Part shown: positions 61,380 to 64,000 of the stretch, piece by piece | Layout: each line of letters starts with the position of its first letter | Position numbering within the stretch: position 1 is the stretch's first letter | Assembly: GCA_043228905.1 (NCBI GenBank) | Contig: JBHGNT010000018.1 | Location: forward strand, 14,260,001 to 14,324,000 | Source: Azolla caroliniana | Taxonomy: Eukaryota > Plantae > Polypodiophyta | Length of the DNA: 64,000 nucleotides | Direction: 5' to 3' | The notes under the pieces: model-generated | Seen by the model: only the letters and a program-made list of their open reading frames with translations | Database searches by the model: none | Told to the model about the DNA's origin: nothing | Program-made: the position numbers and the translations under genes

Positions 61380-64000
61380 TGTTGAGAGACAAGCTCAACA
61401 TCGGCCAAATCGGCTGAAGAAGCCGAGGACCGGATCGGCTGGGACCGATTGGTTAGGCCGAGTGCGTAAACCGGGAGGTCGTTAGGAAAGATATTCCGTA
61501 AGGAATATATTTGGGAGTTAGTGTAGGAGCTCTTAATGAGCATTGAAGTACTGTCAGTACTTCAGTCAGTACTTCAGTCAGTCCTTCCAGGACTTGTATA
61601 AAAGTGTTCACTGAGCACGTCTTATGTACAGACTGAGTATTATTGTTGAATATAGTTTTTTCTGTGTTTCTCTCTCTGTCTCTCCCGCGTATACCGTGTG
61701 AGCCGAAGCTCTTCATTGAACCTGAGTTTCCTTCCTCTGTTCTGTCTTCATACCTGCTTCCGCACGCTATTTTTTTCATGGTATCAGAGCGCGAGGGTTG
61801 AGAACCTCTCTGCAGCCGACACAGCTTGACGAAGAAGAACAAGAAGAACAATGGATAGAGGCATGGCGAGCTCGCTTCCAACAGAAAAGCTCAACAGAAC
61901 CAACTACGCGTCTTGGTCCTACAAGATGCACCAGTACCTGCTCGGGCATGGCTACTGGAGTTATGTCGAAGGAGCTAATGACGTGGCACCCGAATTGACA
62001 CACAGCGACTTCCCGTTGTGGGAGCAATCGGCGAGCAGGGTGTTGTACTGCTTCGCGTCGTGTGTGGGCGAACAACTATTAAGCTATGTTCGGGATGCAA
62101 AGACGCCGAAGGGTGCGTGGGAAAATCTGAAAAGGATTTTCGCCGCGAGCACCACAGCCAGGAAGCTTCAGCTGCGACAGGAGTTGAGCAACCTACAACA
62201 ACGCGATTTGTCGGTGGCGGACTATACCTCGAAGATCAAGGATATCTGCGACTCCCTCGCCTCTATAGAGGTGAACATCGAGGAGAGCGAGATGGTCCAG
62301 ATCTGTCTCGGAGGTTTGGCGTCGAAGTTCGGAGCGTTCCGAACGGCTGTGTGTACCCGGGAGAATACACCGTCCTTTTTCGACTTACAGTCGATGCTCC
62401 TGGTAGAGGAGAACCACGCGGGCGCGTCTACAAGCACGCACACCGACAGCAGAATGATGTGCACGGAGGGAAATAGGCCTCGTGGACGTGGAGGACGAGG
62501 CGAGTCGGGGCGCAATGAAGGCGGCCGACGAGATCAAGGAAGAAGGCACCGAAGTGATGCCGACAGCAACTCCGGACCCTCCAGAAACAGGGGGAGTCGA
62601 AGCGATGAGAACCGGCAAGGGAAGTCCATCGCGGAGTGCTGGTACTGTGGCAAGAAAGGCCACAGGGAAAGTGAGTGCTGGAAGAAGCGCGCCGATTCGG
62701 AGAGAACCGGCTCTGGAAACGACTCCGGACATACCCACAAGGGAAATCGGCAGCCATCGCACTACGCCAAAGACTCCGGGAGAGCTGGAGAAGGGTCTGT
62801 CTTCGTGACGAGACACGAAGCAAACTCAATGAAACAGAGCACCCCGAGATCGGACGAGGTGTGGTACGTAGACTCCGGTGCGTCAAACCACATGACGAGC
62901 CATAAGGAGTGGTTCTCGTACCTTGAAAAACCGATACAACCTGGAGTAGTCGCAACAGGAGACGACACTCCGCATCCGATCGCGAATGTCGGAGAAGTTC
63001 CCCTTAGCCATGTCGGGCAGAAAGGGAAACTCATGAACGTGTTGCACGTTCCGACAATCACGAAAAACTTGGTCTCGGTCGGACAGATCGTCGACCAAGG
63101 GATGGAGGTTCGGTTTACACACCTAGGGTGCTTCATTGAGGAAGAAGGCCGTGTGATTGCGCAAGGGTGTAGAGACGGGAGGATGTTCATCCTCGACTCC
63201 ACTGACGGCGGCACCGCAATGTTCGCGAAGGGACAAAAGACCGAGTCGGACATCGACTTGTGGCACAAGCGGATAGGCCACATCAACTACCAGCGGCTTC
63301 AAGATCTGCAATCAAAACAGGTAGTGTTCGGATTGCCCAAATTTAGTGGCCGAAGGGCACAAATTTGTGAAGCCTGCTAGCTCGGGAAGCAACACCGACT
63401 TCCTTTCCCCAACGAGCTAAATCGGAGCCGGAATAAGCTCGACCTTATACACTCCGATGTATGGGGGCCGGCACAAAACGTTAGTCTTGGCAGGAGCCGA
63501 TATTTCGTCTCCTTCATTGACGACCACACGCGGCACACGTGGATCTACCTCATTGAGAGGAAGAGCGAAGTCTTCGACTGTTTCCGGGACCTCAAAGGGT
63601 TCGTGGAAACGGAAACGGGACGAAAGATCAAGTGCCTGCGGTCGGATGGCGGGAAAGAGTACTTTTCCGGTCAATTCAATGGTTATCTACAACAAATGGG
63701 AATTCGACGCGAATTCAGTTGTAGATACACGCCGGAGCAGAATGGCATGGCCAAGAGGAAGAATCGGTCAGTCGTGGAAGCGGCACAGGCAATGCTGGAG
63801 GAGAAGAGCTTGCCCAAGTTCTACTAGGCCGAGGCGGTAAGGACCGCGGTATACATCCAGAACCGGATCGGAGACAAAGTGTCGGCGCACGAGCTATATT
63901 TCGGAACGAAGCCGAACTTGCGACACTTGAGGGTGTTCGGTAGCATTGCGTATGTGCATGTACCAAAGGAGAAAAGGAGGAAGCTGGACGCAAAGGCCGA
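61380..64000 (+). mobile_element. Ty1/Copia element G (D-related), running off the window
   Basis: 5' LTR 61380-61778, PBS TGGTATCAGAGCGC at 61779. gag-PR ORF 61851-63380 (CWYCGKKGHRESEC, WYVDSGASNHMT), then integrase with stops. Confidence 0.95.

Overview
The window is eukaryotic, plant-type heterochromatin; a non-seed plant is plausible but cannot be proven from the sequence. It consists almost entirely of nested LTR retrotransposons, and I found no host gene. I resolved about 20 insertions, most with LTR termini, PBS/PPT and target-site duplications (TSDs). These include several Ty1/Copia elements (tRNA-iMet PBS, 5-bp TSD), a tRNA-Trp-primed Ty3/Gypsy family with 4-bp CpG-centred TSDs, and a chromovirus remnant. 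There are also solo LTRs, a MITE, a MULE transposase relic, and a very young 10.2-kb non-chromovirus Gypsy element (12307-22491) with a large extra ORF. The main observation concerns this young element, a non-autonomous relative (36368-39162) and a third diverged relative (60965-61379). All three lack a polypurine tract. In its place, directly before the 3' LTR, is a sense copy of the 3' end of tRNA-Arg (T-arm through CCA), split at the m1A58 position by a small hairpin. This suggests plus-strand priming by a second tRNA or a tRNA mimic. tRNA assignments rely on recalled plant tRNA sequences and need checking.
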